In this document: positions 1 to 15,166 of the stretch, piece by piece
Numbering within the stretch: position 1 is the first letter of the stretch
Layout of the letters: each line of letters starts with the position of its first letter
From: a phage
Sequence record: PZ534515.1
Direction: 5' to 3' (one strand)
Length of the DNA: 64,000 nucleotides
Notes under the pieces: model-generated
The model's input: the letters and a program-made list of their open reading frames with translations, nothing else
Told to the model about the DNA's origin: nothing
Databases searched by the model: none
Position numbers and translations under genes: made by a program

Positions 1-2
1 GA

Positions 3-5449
<5,447 letters not shown>

Positions 5450-5451
5450 TA

Positions 5452-6600
5452 ATGGCAGTAGGTGAAATTCAAATTAGTGCCTTGCCTCAAGCAGCCTTAC
5501 CAATTGACCTTAGTGATATCTTCCATCTTAAGCAGGGTATTGAGGATAAGAGATGTACTCTTGAGCAATTACTTGCTCCACACTCAAGCCTAAGAAATAA
5601 CCCTCATGGTGTTACTAAAACACAAATTGGTTTAGATAATGTTATTAATGCTCTTCAGTTAGTTGCTGCAAATAACTTATCAGATATTGTTAATGTAGCT
5701 GAGGCAAGAAAAAATCTACAGATTATGTCTTCAGAAGAGGTTAATAGTCTTATTCAACAGCATATTAATGACAAGAGCAACCCACACAATACAACTAAGG
5801 CGCAGGTTGGTTTAAGTAATGTCCAGAACTGGACAACATCTAACCTTTATAATGAAGATGCAGATAAGTATGCTACAGCAAGAGCAGTAAATAACTTGTA
5901 CAAGGCTGTTCAGGCTTCTTATCCAGTAGGTACTATCCATCTCTCTATGAATCCTGCAAACCCCTCTACATATTTAATTTGTGGAGGTACTTGGGAGTTA
6001 GTCTCAAAAGGGAGAGCACTTGTAGGTTATGATAGTGATTCTAGGCCAGTTGGTTCAACGTTTGGTTCACAGACTACTGCACTGACGGTTAATAACATCC
6101 CTGCACATACCCACTCAGTGTACGTCACTGGTGGTGGTCACACTCATGGTGCAACGGCCTCTATCAGTGCTTTTGATTATGGCACTAAAGGTACTACAAC
6201 GTTTGACTACGGAACCAAGACCGTATCTACTTATGACTATGGCAACAGAACAACAAGTGCTGCTGGCTTAACACAAACAACATTCATTAACCGTGGCTAT
6301 GCTGATGGTGGCTGGAGAGGTTTATCGGTTGAGGGGGCAAGCTATGACCCAAGAGCTACGTTGACAACAGCTAACAACCACACTCACTCTGTAGCAATTG
6401 GTGCGCATAATCATACGGTTGGTATTGGTGCTCACAGTCATACTGTTGCAATTGGTTCCCACAACCACTCAGCAACAGTAACAGTAACCGGAGCAGGTGA
6501 ACATTCTCACTCTGGCACAACTGGTCCAACTGGTTCTGGTCAAGCATTTAGTGTTGAACAGCCATCCTTCGTATTGTATGTATGGCAGAGAACAGCTTAA
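5452..6600 (+). CDS. tail fibre protein with His-x-His repeat tip
   Basis: Repeated TKxQxGLxNV fibre-repeat motifs and C-terminal HTHS/HNHT/HSHT repeats; C-terminus similar to that of the next gene. Confidence 0.65.
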   Translation: MAVGEIQISALPQAALPIDLSDIFHLKQGIEDKRCTLEQLLAPHSSLRNNPHGVTKTQIGLDNVINALQLVAANNLSDIVNVAEARKNLQIMSSEEVNSLIQQHINDKSNPHNTTKAQVGLSNVQNWTTSNLYNEDADKYATARAVNNLYKAVQASYPVGTIHLSMNPANPSTYLICGGTWELVSKGRALVGYDSDSRPVGSTFGSQTTALTVNNIPAHTHSVYVTGGGHTHGATASISAFDYGTKGTTTFDYGTKTVSTYDYGNRTTSAAGLTQTTFINRGYADGGWRGLSVEGASYDPRATLTTANNHTHSVAIGAHNHTVGIGAHSHTVAIGSHNHSATVTVTGAGEHSHSGTTGPTGSGQAFSVEQPSFVLYVWQRTA

Positions 6601-6608
6601 TTTCTTTA

Positions 6609-6630
6609 CAGGGGCTTTATAGCCCCTTTT
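6609..6630 (+). terminator. intrinsic terminator-like hairpin
   Basis: ggggct-ttata-agcccc followed by tttt. Confidence 0.5.
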
Positions 6631-6646
6631 AAGAGGAAAATTTATA

Positions 6647-8995
6647 ATGGCAGATTACAAGTTGAGTGAATTAAACTCAATCGACACAATCCGTTCAGAC
6701 GACCTTCTTCATGTCAGGGTTAAAAAGAGACCTGAAATGTTAGGTGATGAAGACCGTCGAATGACCTATCAAGACTTCTTAGCATCTTTTAAACTTGAGA
6801 GATTTGTTCAGATTGCTGGCAGTACTATGACTGGTGACTTAGGTATTGTTAAGTTACTTTATGGTGGTAAGGCAGTATTTGACCCTACAGACTCTTCTGA
6901 GATTACTATGGGGGATGTTTTAAAGACTTTTAAAATCAATGCAAACGGTCTTAAACTAACTATTGCAGATGCTTCAAGGTCTGCAACTGTTTATCATACT
7001 CTGAATAAGCCAAGCCCTAATGAACTTGGGATGAGAACTAATGAAGAGAATGATGCAAGATATGCAAGACTTGCTGTTACAAACTCATTCCAAGCTAAAC
7101 AGAGTGTCGTAGCAAATGGTGAGCAGTTGACACTGAAGACCCCTGCGGGTGCAAGTGAGGCATACTCCGCTATTGTAGGTCGAAATGCCAATAATGATAA
7201 AACTTGGGCTGTTGGGAATCTAACTCAAGGAAGTCTTGATGTTCATCTCGAAAACAGTAGAGGTTCAAGAATCACTCTAGGTGCAATTGTGTCTGTTAAT
7301 AAGGCTCTCGCTATTACTGGACAGGTTCAACCTTCTGACTTCTCTAACTTAGATGCTAGATACTTCACTCAGACAGCAGCTAATCAGAGATTTGCACAGT
7401 TAACTGCTAATAATACTTTTAGTGGTTTAAATACATTCAGCAACGCTGTTAACATTAACTCTAATGCTGCTGCTATCATGCTGCAAAATAAATCTGCAAA
7501 TGAATCTTTATTCATCCTAGCAAAAGACAGTGAAAATAATAACTTGTGGTATATTGGTCAGGGTAGTGCAAGCTATGGTATCACATTACACGATTACAAG
7601 AACGACACCACGATGGTCTTAGACTCGTCTGGTGCTACATTCAACAAGCCTGTAAAAATCACTGGTCAAGTTCAACCTTCAGATTGGGCTAACATTGATT
7701 CAAGGTATGTTCCGAGTTCTCTGACAAGAGTTCTTGCAAGGACTGATTCAGCTAATACTTTCACTAAAGCACAGATTATCTATGCTGGCAGCGACAACCC
7801 TTTTAGACTACAGACAACGGTACAAGACTCTGGAATCTACATGTCTGCACATAATGCTGATGGGAACAGGAGATGGTGGTTGGGTATTGGTGGTGCTGGT
7901 CAAAACACAGTGGCACTTACCAATGATGTAACAAGAAAGTCAATCAATCTTAGTACTAATTTAGATGTGAATACACATGTGAATATTGTTGGGCAAGTAA
8001 GACCAAGTGATTTCTCTAACTTAGATGCTAGATACTTCACTCAGACAGCAGCTAACTCTAGATTTATGCTTGCTGGTGCAACTGGTGCATACACCTCAAC
8101 AGATTGGAATGCTGTTCCTTGGAACGCTAAATCTGGTCTGTATGACGTTCTTGTTGGTGGTGGTTCACAGATGATTCTGCACCTATATCAAGCACAAGGC
8201 TCATGCCCTTCTGCACAGTTGCGTTTCAACTATAAGAATGGTGGTATGTACTACAGGTCTTCAAGAGACGCATTTGGCTTCGAAGTAGATTGGTCTAAGA
8301 TTTACACAGAGGCTCAGAAACCAACCCCTTCAGAGATTGGTGCATACACTAAAACTGAAACTGACCAGAAGATTGCACAGGCAGTAAGTGACTCTACAGA
8401 CCTTAATAAAATCTATCCAGTGGGTATTGTGACATGGTTTAACAGTAATGTTGACCCTAATACAGCACTGCCTGGTCTAACTTGGACGTATCTGAACAAC
8501 GGTGTTGGTAGAACTATCAGAATTGCAGCAGCAAACGGTTCAGATGTTGCTACAACAGGTGGTTCAGATTCTGTGACGTTAGCTGTTGGTAACTTACCTT
8601 CACACACGCACAGTTTTTCTGCGACTACCTCATCGTTTGACTACGGAACAAAAAACACTAACACGACTGGTGCTCACACACACTCTGTAAGTGGCTCTAC
8701 TTCATCTGCTGGTCACCACAACCACGCTATCTCGTGGATTGGTCAGAACTCTACACACTATTCTGGTGGTGGTGGTGGTAGAATCGGTACAGGTCCGGGT
8801 TACACTGATGGGGGTGGTGACCACACCCACTCTGTAAGTGGTACTGCTGCTTCTGCTGGTAACCATGCTCACAGTGTTGGTATTGGTGCTCACAGCCACA
8901 CAGTAAGTGGTAACACTGGTGGTACAGGTTCTGGTTCAGCATTTAGTGTTACTAACCAATTCTACAAGTTAATGGCTTGGGTGAGAACTGCTTAA
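6647..8995 (+). CDS. large tail fibre protein with internal repeats and His-x-His tip
   Basis: 782 aa; three copies of the QVxPSDxxNxDxRY module; Gly-rich HxH C-terminal region like T4 distal fibre tips. Confidence 0.7.
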   Translation: MADYKLSELNSIDTIRSDDLLHVRVKKRPEMLGDEDRRMTYQDFLASFKLERFVQIAGSTMTGDLGIVKLLYGGKAVFDPTDSSEITMGDVLKTFKINANGLKLTIADASRSATVYHTLNKPSPNELGMRTNEENDARYARLAVTNSFQAKQSVVANGEQLTLKTPAGASEAYSAIVGRNANNDKTWAVGNLTQGSLDVHLENSRGSRITLGAIVSVNKALAITGQVQPSDFSNLDARYFTQTAANQRFAQLTANNTFSGLNTFSNAVNINSNAAAIMLQNKSANESLFILAKDSENNNLWYIGQGSASYGITLHDYKNDTTMVLDSSGATFNKPVKITGQVQPSDWANIDSRYVPSSLTRVLARTDSANTFTKAQIIYAGSDNPFRLQTTVQDSGIYMSAHNADGNRRWWLGIGGAGQNTVALTNDVTRKSINLSTNLDVNTHVNIVGQVRPSDFSNLDARYFTQTAANSRFMLAGATGAYTSTDWNAVPWNAKSGLYDVLVGGGSQMILHLYQAQGSCPSAQLRFNYKNGGMYYRSSRDAFGFEVDWSKIYTEAQKPTPSEIGAYTKTETDQKIAQAVSDSTDLNKIYPVGIVTWFNSNVDPNTALPGLTWTYLNNGVGRTIRIAAANGSDVATTGGSDSVTLAVGNLPSHTHSFSATTSSFDYGTKNTNTTGAHTHSVSGSTSSAGHHNHAISWIGQNSTHYSGGGGGRIGTGPGYTDGGGDHTHSVSGTAASAGNHAHSVGIGAHSHTVSGNTGGTGSGSAFSVTNQFYKLMAWVRTA

Positions 8996-9074
8996 TCCCT
9001 TGTTGACTGATTGTTAAGATGGTGTTAATATTCTTTATGGGTATTCTCACCATCTTGGCTGATGAGGTGATTAA

Positions 9075-9272
9075 ATGCCTACAATCCTAGCAATTCTTCT
9101 AAAAAATCTAGGTAGTTTCTTCTGGAAACTCATTTTATCCCTTCTAAGTGAATACATGATTGAGAAAGTGTTCTTTAGGCTTGCAAGATACCTTGCGAGT
9201 AAAACAGACACACCTATTGATGATGAGTTCGTAGATAACTTAGAAAAAGCTTTTAAGGGGGAGAATAAATGA
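9075..9272 (+). CDS. small hydrophobic protein (possible holin-like or membrane protein)
   Basis: 65 aa, hydrophobic N-terminus. Confidence 0.35.
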   Translation: MPTILAILLKNLGSFFWKLILSLLSEYMIEKVFFRLARYLASKTDTPIDDEFVDNLEKAFKGENK

Positions 9273-9640
9273 AGTGGCTAGAGGAAGCTTTTAAAAATAA
9301 TATTGGTGCAATTGTAGTTGGTATTTTTAGTGTTATTGGGATGTATACCACCATGCAAGTCTCGGATGGTAAGCAAGAAGTGTCTATCACAACAAAGTTA
9401 CAGCAGTTAGATAATTATTCCAAAAGTAATTATTCAGCTATTCGTGATTTACAGTCTGATATGAGGCTGCTTCAGCTAGGGATGGAGAACCAGAAAGTCC
9501 AGTTAGAGAATGTTAAGGGAGAGAACGCAAAACTTACTAAGACTCTTGATAAATTCTCTGATAGTGTGAACAATCTGGCTCAGTCAGTATCAGCCCTCCA
9601 AGCTATTACTGAAAAGAACACAAAGAATACTGAAAAGTAA
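9269..9640 (+). CDS. membrane-anchored coiled-coil protein
   Basis: N-terminal TM-like segment IGAIVVGIFSVIGMY then heptad-rich region; ATGA overlap with upstream ORF. Confidence 0.45.
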   Translation: MKWLEEAFKNNIGAIVVGIFSVIGMYTTMQVSDGKQEVSITTKLQQLDNYSKSNYSAIRDLQSDMRLLQLGMENQKVQLENVKGENAKLTKTLDKFSDSVNNLAQSVSALQAITEKNTKNTEK

Positions 9641-9645
9641 AGTTT

Positions 9646-9676
9646 AAGGCTCCTTCTTACGGGAGCCTTTTTTGTT
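9646..9676. terminator. bidirectional terminator between convergent operons
   Basis: aaggctcc-ttcttacg-ggagcctt followed by tttttg; sits between the + gene ending 9640 and the - gene ending 9677. Confidence 0.6.
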
Positions 9677-10576
9677 TTATTTACCTACTGACAAAGGTGC
9701 TTCAATCTTCCCTGCATGTTGGTAGTTGCTAATACCACCAATAAAGTCACTTGCAGTAAGATGTTTCAGGTCACTTAAAGTATTAAGTTGTAAACCAATC
9801 TCAAAAGTAGGTGCATGGAACTCTTCATTGCTCATCAGTTCATAAACCTGCTTCATATGGTTCTGATAAATCTGAGTATCTCCAAAGACACCTATCAAAT
9901 ATCGTGGAGTGTATCCAGTCATCTTACAAAGAACTTCCAGAATAAAACCATAAGACGCAATGTTAAAGGGAAGTCCTAGAAAGGTGTCTACAGAACGCTG
10001 ATACCATTGCAAATCTACTTCACCCTCGTTAGTGATATAAATCTGAAACAGGACATGACAAGGTGCTAAAGCCATTGAGTTTGCTGCAATATCTGCTGCA
10101 TTCCAAGCATTAACAAGCATGTAACGGTCTGTGATATCACCCTTCATCTTCGTTACTAAAGTCTCTAGCTGGTCTACAACACAACCATTATGACCTTCAA
10201 AGTTTCTCCACTGAACTCCGTAGATTCTTCCACCTGCATCCTCTAACCAATCCTGTTCAGAAGAATAATTAGAGCTTAACCAGCGTTTGAAATCATCTGA
10301 CCAGATAGTCCAGCGTTCTCCGTCATTTTCACCCCAAGTACGGTAACGAAGTTCACCCAGTTTATTCTCACCGTTCAGGAACCATAAAGCTTCTCCAATA
10401 ACTTGCCGTGTAAACACCTGTTTAGATGTTAAGAGTGGGAAACCAGTTCGCATATCAAAACGAAACTGAGGTGGAGCAAATGCAGAAATAACATCCCCAG
10501 TTCGTGTAGTGCGCAGTTCACCAACTGATAAAACATGGTTCAGGATATTTTTGTAACTTGTATCTGCTTGTGACAT
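9677..10576 (-). CDS. thyA: thymidylate synthase
   Basis: Catalytic LAPCH motif, RTGxxxxS and FPLLTSK motifs; sits immediately after DHFR as in T4 frd-td. Confidence 0.85.
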   Translation of the reverse strand: MSQADTSYKNILNHVLSVGELRTTRTGDVISAFAPPQFRFDMRTGFPLLTSKQVFTRQVIGEALWFLNGENKLGELRYRTWGENDGERWTIWSDDFKRWLSSNYSSEQDWLEDAGGRIYGVQWRNFEGHNGCVVDQLETLVTKMKGDITDRYMLVNAWNAADIAANSMALAPCHVLFQIYITNEGEVDLQWYQRSVDTFLGLPFNIASYGFILEVLCKMTGYTPRYLIGVFGDTQIYQNHMKQVYELMSNEEFHAPTFEIGLQLNTLSDLKHLTASDFIGGISNYQHAGKIEAPLSVGK

Positions 10577-10577
10577 A

Positions 10578-11123
10578 TCAAAAGTGTCCTTTTACTTGTG
10601 GAACATAAATTTCAAAAGTTGCTTTACCATCCTCTGATGGTTTTGACTGTACCTTTGTAAATACACGGTTATCATACAACTTCTCAAAGAAGTTTTCAAA
10701 AGGTAAATGCACAGTGACCTCTTCAGTAACTTTATGGAAAACTGTATGGAACACTACACCAGCATACGGTAAAGCATTGACAAGGACACCTGCACCACCA
10801 ATTACAAAGACATCTTCATCAATAGAGCTATCAAGATACTTCAAAAATGCTCCAAATGACTCTTTACTGGCTTTAGCATACATTACATCATCTTTGCCAA
10901 AGTCTATGCCTAAGTATGGTACAGAATTTGTTAAGATGAGGTTTGCACGTTCTGGTAAAGGTTTACTCCCCAGAGTCTTGAAAGTTTCGTTACCCATCAC
11001 TACTAAGTTGTTTTTAGTGAGTCTCTTAAACTCTTGCATGTCCTGTTTATGTCGAGGCCACGGCATACCAGTTGGAGTACCAAACTCACCATTTTCACCA
11101 CTTGCAAAGATTAGTTTAATCAT
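10578..11123 (-). CDS. frd: dihydrofolate reductase
   Basis: DHFR N-terminal pattern (MIKLIFA...GMPW...VVMGNETF...RPLPER.NLILT); stop lies 1 nt before thyA start. Confidence 0.85.
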   Translation of the reverse strand: MIKLIFASGENGEFGTPTGMPWPRHKQDMQEFKRLTKNNLVVMGNETFKTLGSKPLPERANLILTNSVPYLGIDFGKDDVMYAKASKESFGAFLKYLDSSIDEDVFVIGGAGVLVNALPYAGVVFHTVFHKVTEEVTVHLPFENFFEKLYDNRVFTKVQSKPSEDGKATFEIYVPQVKGHF

Positions 11124-11380
11124 TTTGTAAATCCTTTCTTAATGAACCAGTTGATAACATTCCTCACAGCTTTATTGCTATGGTAGATTAAGTGTGGTGT
11201 AGGTTGGTATGAACCATAAGCCCAGAATGATAGATGTTCACCACAACCAACACATGTAGTGCTCTCTTCAGCTATATGACCATTAACAATCATATGAACT
11301 TCACCTTGCAAGTCTGTACACCCACAATGTGGACAACGTATAGGCGTTCCATCAGACTCATAGCAGTGTTCAATTTTCAT
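11120..11380 (-). CDS. small zinc-ribbon protein
   Basis: CPHCGC ... CVGCGEH cysteine pairs; ATGA overlap with frd. Confidence 0.5.
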   Translation of the reverse strand: MKIEHCYESDGTPIRCPHCGCTDLQGEVHMIVNGHIAEESTTCVGCGEHLSFWAYGSYQPTPHLIYHSNKAVRNVINWFIKKGFTK

Positions 11381-11896
11381 CTATTTAACCTCAAAAACTG
11401 GTTCAAGAACCAATATAAAGTCTACACAGTCATCTTCTTCATCCAGAATACCATCAAAGTTCTTAGGAACGAAGTCGAAGAGGCTCATAACAAAACAGTC
11501 AGAAGTAACCCTTATAGTGCCTCCCATATTCTCTACAGTTAATACTGTACGACTCTCTTTTACCTCCCTCAGAAGATTACTCACAAAGTCATCTAAGAAG
11601 TACTTCATCAGTGACTTAAAACCTTTAGGGTAATCTGTACCAGAGTATGTTTCAATCTGAGGAACAAGCTTAACATTTATACTAGTCTTTGTTAAGAATG
11701 TATTAGAGAACATACTATCAGGTAACTTGCAAACAGTCTTTCCAGTACCTTCATGTTCAATCTCAACAAAACCAGCTTCGTCGCCACATGTAACTATTTT
11801 AAAAGATGCTTCATTCTCATACTGTGAAGCCATAAACTTTTTAAGCATCACTTTAAGGAAGTCTGCATGAGCATCTTGTAAGAAGATATCAATCAT
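11381..11896 (-). CDS. hypothetical protein
   Basis: 171 aa ORF in minus-strand operon. Confidence 0.5.
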   Translation of the reverse strand: MIDIFLQDAHADFLKVMLKKFMASQYENEASFKIVTCGDEAGFVEIEHEGTGKTVCKLPDSMFSNTFLTKTSINVKLVPQIETYSGTDYPKGFKSLMKYFLDDFVSNLLREVKESRTVLTVENMGGTIRVTSDCFVMSLFDFVPKNFDGILDEEDDCVDFILVLEPVFEVK

Positions 11897-11909
11897 AGTT
11901 AATCACCTA

Positions 11910-12269
11910 TTATGGGAACAGACACTTAATGTCGTCGTTTTTGAAAACGAAACTTGTGTAATTGTGACCATCAACATCCAGCCAAACAGCCTGAACATCT
12001 ACACCATCAAGGTTGTGGTAAAGCTCTTTGATAAAGTGGTCTTTCACAATCTGACTGCTAGTTGTTTCTAGCTTAATGTTTGAGATTGCTGAACCTACAG
12101 CCATATAACCCATGACACGTTTCTTCTCAGTATGCTTAATCTTGCCATCTTTGTAAGCCATAATGAGATTGGAAAGAATCTTTACACCGTAATACTTTTC
12201 AAGGTGAGTAGGTACACCATAAAAGCCTAGTGCGAAGTTTTCGGAGTGGATAATGTTTTCACGTTTCAT
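11910..12269 (-). CDS. hypothetical protein
   Basis: 119 aa ORF in operon. Confidence 0.5.
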   Translation of the reverse strand: MKRENIIHSENFALGFYGVPTHLEKYYGVKILSNLIMAYKDGKIKHTEKKRVMGYMAVGSAISNIKLETTSSQIVKDHFIKELYHNLDGVDVQAVWLDVDGHNYTSFVFKNDDIKCLFP

Positions 12270-12270
12270 A

Positions 12271-12600
12271 TTAATCTGCCAACCTTAAATTGAAATTAAC
12301 ACCAAATTTTTCGCATACTTCCAACATAAACTCAAGAGAGACATTACCAGTGAGATTGATTATGTTGGATACACGAGCCTGAGAGATACCACAAATTTTA
12401 GCAACTTGCTCTTGAGAAAGACCTCTGGATTTAATCTCTCTCTTAAAACGATGTGCAACGAAGTCTCTCATTTCGTCTACATCCATTGGACAAATATAAC
12501 TCTCCATTTCAGCCTCTCTGTCAGCCTCCCAATCATCTTGTGGAGCATAAGGGTCAAAAACCTCATTCATCTTTCTTCTTCCGTTTGCGTGAAGTGTCAA
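12271..12600 (-). CDS. HTH (XRE-like) DNA-binding protein
   Basis: LSQEQVAKICGISQARVSNI helix-turn-helix signature. Confidence 0.5.
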   Translation of the reverse strand: MTLHANGRRKMNEVFDPYAPQDDWEADREAEMESYICPMDVDEMRDFVAHRFKREIKSRGLSQEQVAKICGISQARVSNIINLTGNVSLEFMLEVCEKFGVNFNLRLAD

Positions 12601-12775
12601 TCAATGAATCTATGTTTGTAGCCCTAACCTTTTCACGTTCATCATTAAGATAATCATCAAGAGCCTTTTCAATCTGTGAATCATCTTGACAGATAACTGT
12701 AAAGACTGTAAAGCCATCTGTATCATCAATTATCTTACCATAACCGCTTCTGGGATGTAACTTTTTAAGAGCCAT
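12563..12775 (-). CDS. hypothetical small protein (start uncertain)
   Basis: 70 aa ORF overlapping the downstream gene. Confidence 0.3.
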   Translation of the reverse strand: MALKKLHPRSGYGKIIDDTDGFTVFTVICQDDSQIEKALDDYLNDEREKVRATNIDSLIDTSRKRKKKDE

Positions 12776-12776
12776 A

Positions 12777-13160
12777 TCAAATACCTGTGCAGCTTCTGTT
12801 TTCTAAGAAATACTCAACACCATACATAGCTTTTTGCATCAAATCTTCTTTAAACTGGATACGATGATTGAGCATAGCCTGTACATCAATATCATCAGGG
12901 TGCTTCTCTTTAATATTTGCAGATTGCAGGAAATACTCTGCAAGAACACGATATTGATAGTCAGTTACCTTATCAGTCATCTCTGTTAAAGACTCTTCAG
13001 AGATTGGTTTAAGTAGCTCACCATTAGCCAGAGCAACACCTTTTACAATCTGGCAAGTGTCTTCTGGAACACCTGATAAGTCTACATTTGGAAGTTCTGT
13101 TGCATTGACTGGTAAATTCATTGCCATAACCATTGCAGCAGCTAATAAAATCTTTTTCAT
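12777..13160 (-). CDS. secreted/periplasmic protein with signal peptide
   Basis: MKKILLAAAMVMAMNLPVNA signal-peptide-like N-terminus. Confidence 0.55.
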   Translation of the reverse strand: MKKILLAAAMVMAMNLPVNATELPNVDLSGVPEDTCQIVKGVALANGELLKPISEESLTEMTDKVTDYQYRVLAEYFLQSANIKEKHPDDIDVQAMLNHRIQFKEDLMQKAMYGVEYFLENRSCTGI

Positions 13161-13261
13161 AATGACCTCAAAGTTATATTAAATTTTGTATTACATTGAG
13201 TATAAAAATAAGCTATAACACCTGACTTGTCAACAGATTTTATAGCTTATTTGGCAGATTT

Positions 13262-13536
13262 TTTATAAGGCTACTGCCATCCTTCCATACCATACCACAC
13301 CAAACCACACCATACCGAACCACACCCTACCAAACCCGACCAAACCCGACCGAGCATCACTTAAAAACCCTCTTAGAAGACTCTTAAGTGATGTAATCGA
13401 ATTTTAATGTAGCTCCGATTAACTACCCATACCTCACCTCACCCAACCATACCATGCCTTACCAGACCGCACCTTACCTCATTAAAAGACCCTCTTAAAA
13501 GACCTTTTAAAAAGGAGCCTCCGAAGAGGCTACCTA
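13262..13536 (-). ncRNA. structured non-coding element 1: A/C-rich tracts, 10-bp inverted repeat hairpin, conserved-loop hairpin, terminator
   Basis: ORF-free; modules catcacttaa...ttaagtgatg (13355..13393), aatcg-aattttaatgtagctc-cgatt (13396..13420), attaaaagaccctcttaaaagaccttttaaaaagg, terminator hairpin 13516..13531; all recur rearranged at 14671..14923. Confidence 0.45.
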
Positions 13537-13542
13537 GTCAAC

Positions 13543-13983
13543 TTAGAAAGGTTTTCTGCGTTGCTTGTTAATGTTAGCTTTCATAGCAGCTAAATGGTTT
13601 TGCTGTTCAATCAGTCGTGAACGTTCTTGATGACTAAGTGCCATAGTATTCACATTCTCAATTGCTTGAGTGGCTTGCTTTAAAGCTCGACCAATCTTAC
13701 CAGACATTTTACGTTTTGCAATAGTTGCTTGATGCTTAGGTTCAACCACACGATAACCAACACCCATTGAAGCAACCAGATAAATCTTCTCTTCTTTAAG
13801 AAGCTTCTCAATAAACTTCTCAAGTCGGTTTAGACGTGTAAGCGCATAAGCCTTCATTTCATCTTCGTACTTAACAATGTCACCTTGATAAGTTGGCTTC
13901 ACAATACCTAAGAAGGTATCCATCTCAGAGTGTGATACAGTGTCACCGTAACTAAACTTTGCTGCTAATGCTTTTGTATTCAT
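13543..13983 (-). CDS. hypothetical protein (in repeat-flanked cassette)
   Basis: 146 aa ORF, basic C-terminus. Confidence 0.5.
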   Translation of the reverse strand: MNTKALAAKFSYGDTVSHSEMDTFLGIVKPTYQGDIVKYEDEMKAYALTRLNRLEKFIEKLLKEEKIYLVASMGVGYRVVEPKHQATIAKRKMSGKIGRALKQATQAIENVNTMALSHQERSRLIEQQNHLAAMKANINKQRRKPF

Positions 13984-13985
13984 AA

Positions 13986-14591
<606 letters not shown>

Positions 14592-14670
14592 TTAGTTGAT
14601 TGTTAAGTTGTTTGTAAAGAACCCTCAACAGAAGACTCTTTAGAAACTTGGTAGATTTTTAACGTGGCTA

Positions 14671-14923
14671 CTACCATCCACCCATACCATACTAAACCCG
14701 ACCTTACCTCACCTTACCTAACCTTACCCCAACCTACCCTACCAGACCAAACCTTATTAAAAGACCCTGTTTAAAGACCTTTTAAAAAGGTAAGTCTCAT
14801 TTTAATGTAGCTGAGACTAACTACCCGCACAGAACCTAACCGGACCCGACCTGACATAACCGGACCTAGCCTTGCATTGCCGTACATCACTTAAAAACCC
14901 TCTTAGAAGACCCTTAAGTGATG
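14671..14923 (-). ncRNA. structured non-coding element 2 (paralogue of element 1)
   Basis: Same modules as 13262..13536 in different order; hairpin agtctc-attttaatgtagct-gagact has compensatory stem changes relative to element 1. Confidence 0.45.
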
Positions 14924-14977
14924 CTGGTGAGTACCCGTTGGTTTATGCTGCTCAGTATACTCACCAAATTTTCTATG

Positions 14978-15166
14978 TCAACAACTTTCTAATAAAGTTT
15001 TATGAAGATTTTGCTTAACAACCCGCCTCACATGCCTGTGCTCTTTCTTAATAAAGAGTGACCTCTTCTTGATAGAGCGCCTATTCTTGTAAGTGTTGCT
15101 AGGGTACTTATCATGAACCGGACAACAACTACCCGTATTTGTAAACTTGATAATCTCTCTTTTCAC
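14978..15166 (-). CDS. small basic protein (uncertain)
   Basis: 62 aa Lys/Arg-rich ORF directly downstream of ligase. Confidence 0.3.
   Translation of the reverse strand: MKREIIKFTNTGSCCPVHDKYPSNTYKNRRSIKKRSLFIKKEHRHVRRVVKQNLHKTLLESC

Noticed and set aside
8751-8942. His/Gln/Cys-rich 63-aa ORF on the minus strand, plus an overlapping 65-aa ORF
   Set aside because: Both are antisense to the HxH-repeat region of the tail-fibre gene; the composition mirrors the coding-strand repeats. Shadow ORFs.
9677-10576. Possible group I intron in thyA or nrdD by analogy with T4 td/nrdD
   Set aside because: Both genes translate as single uninterrupted ORFs of normal length with their catalytic motifs intact.
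9677-10576. Alternative reading of the ThyA-like gene as a dUMP/dCMP hydroxymethylase for DNA hypermodification
   Set aside because: It is paired with DHFR in the classic frd-td order and no glycosyltransferase or other modification genes are visible in this window; cannot be excluded without alignment.
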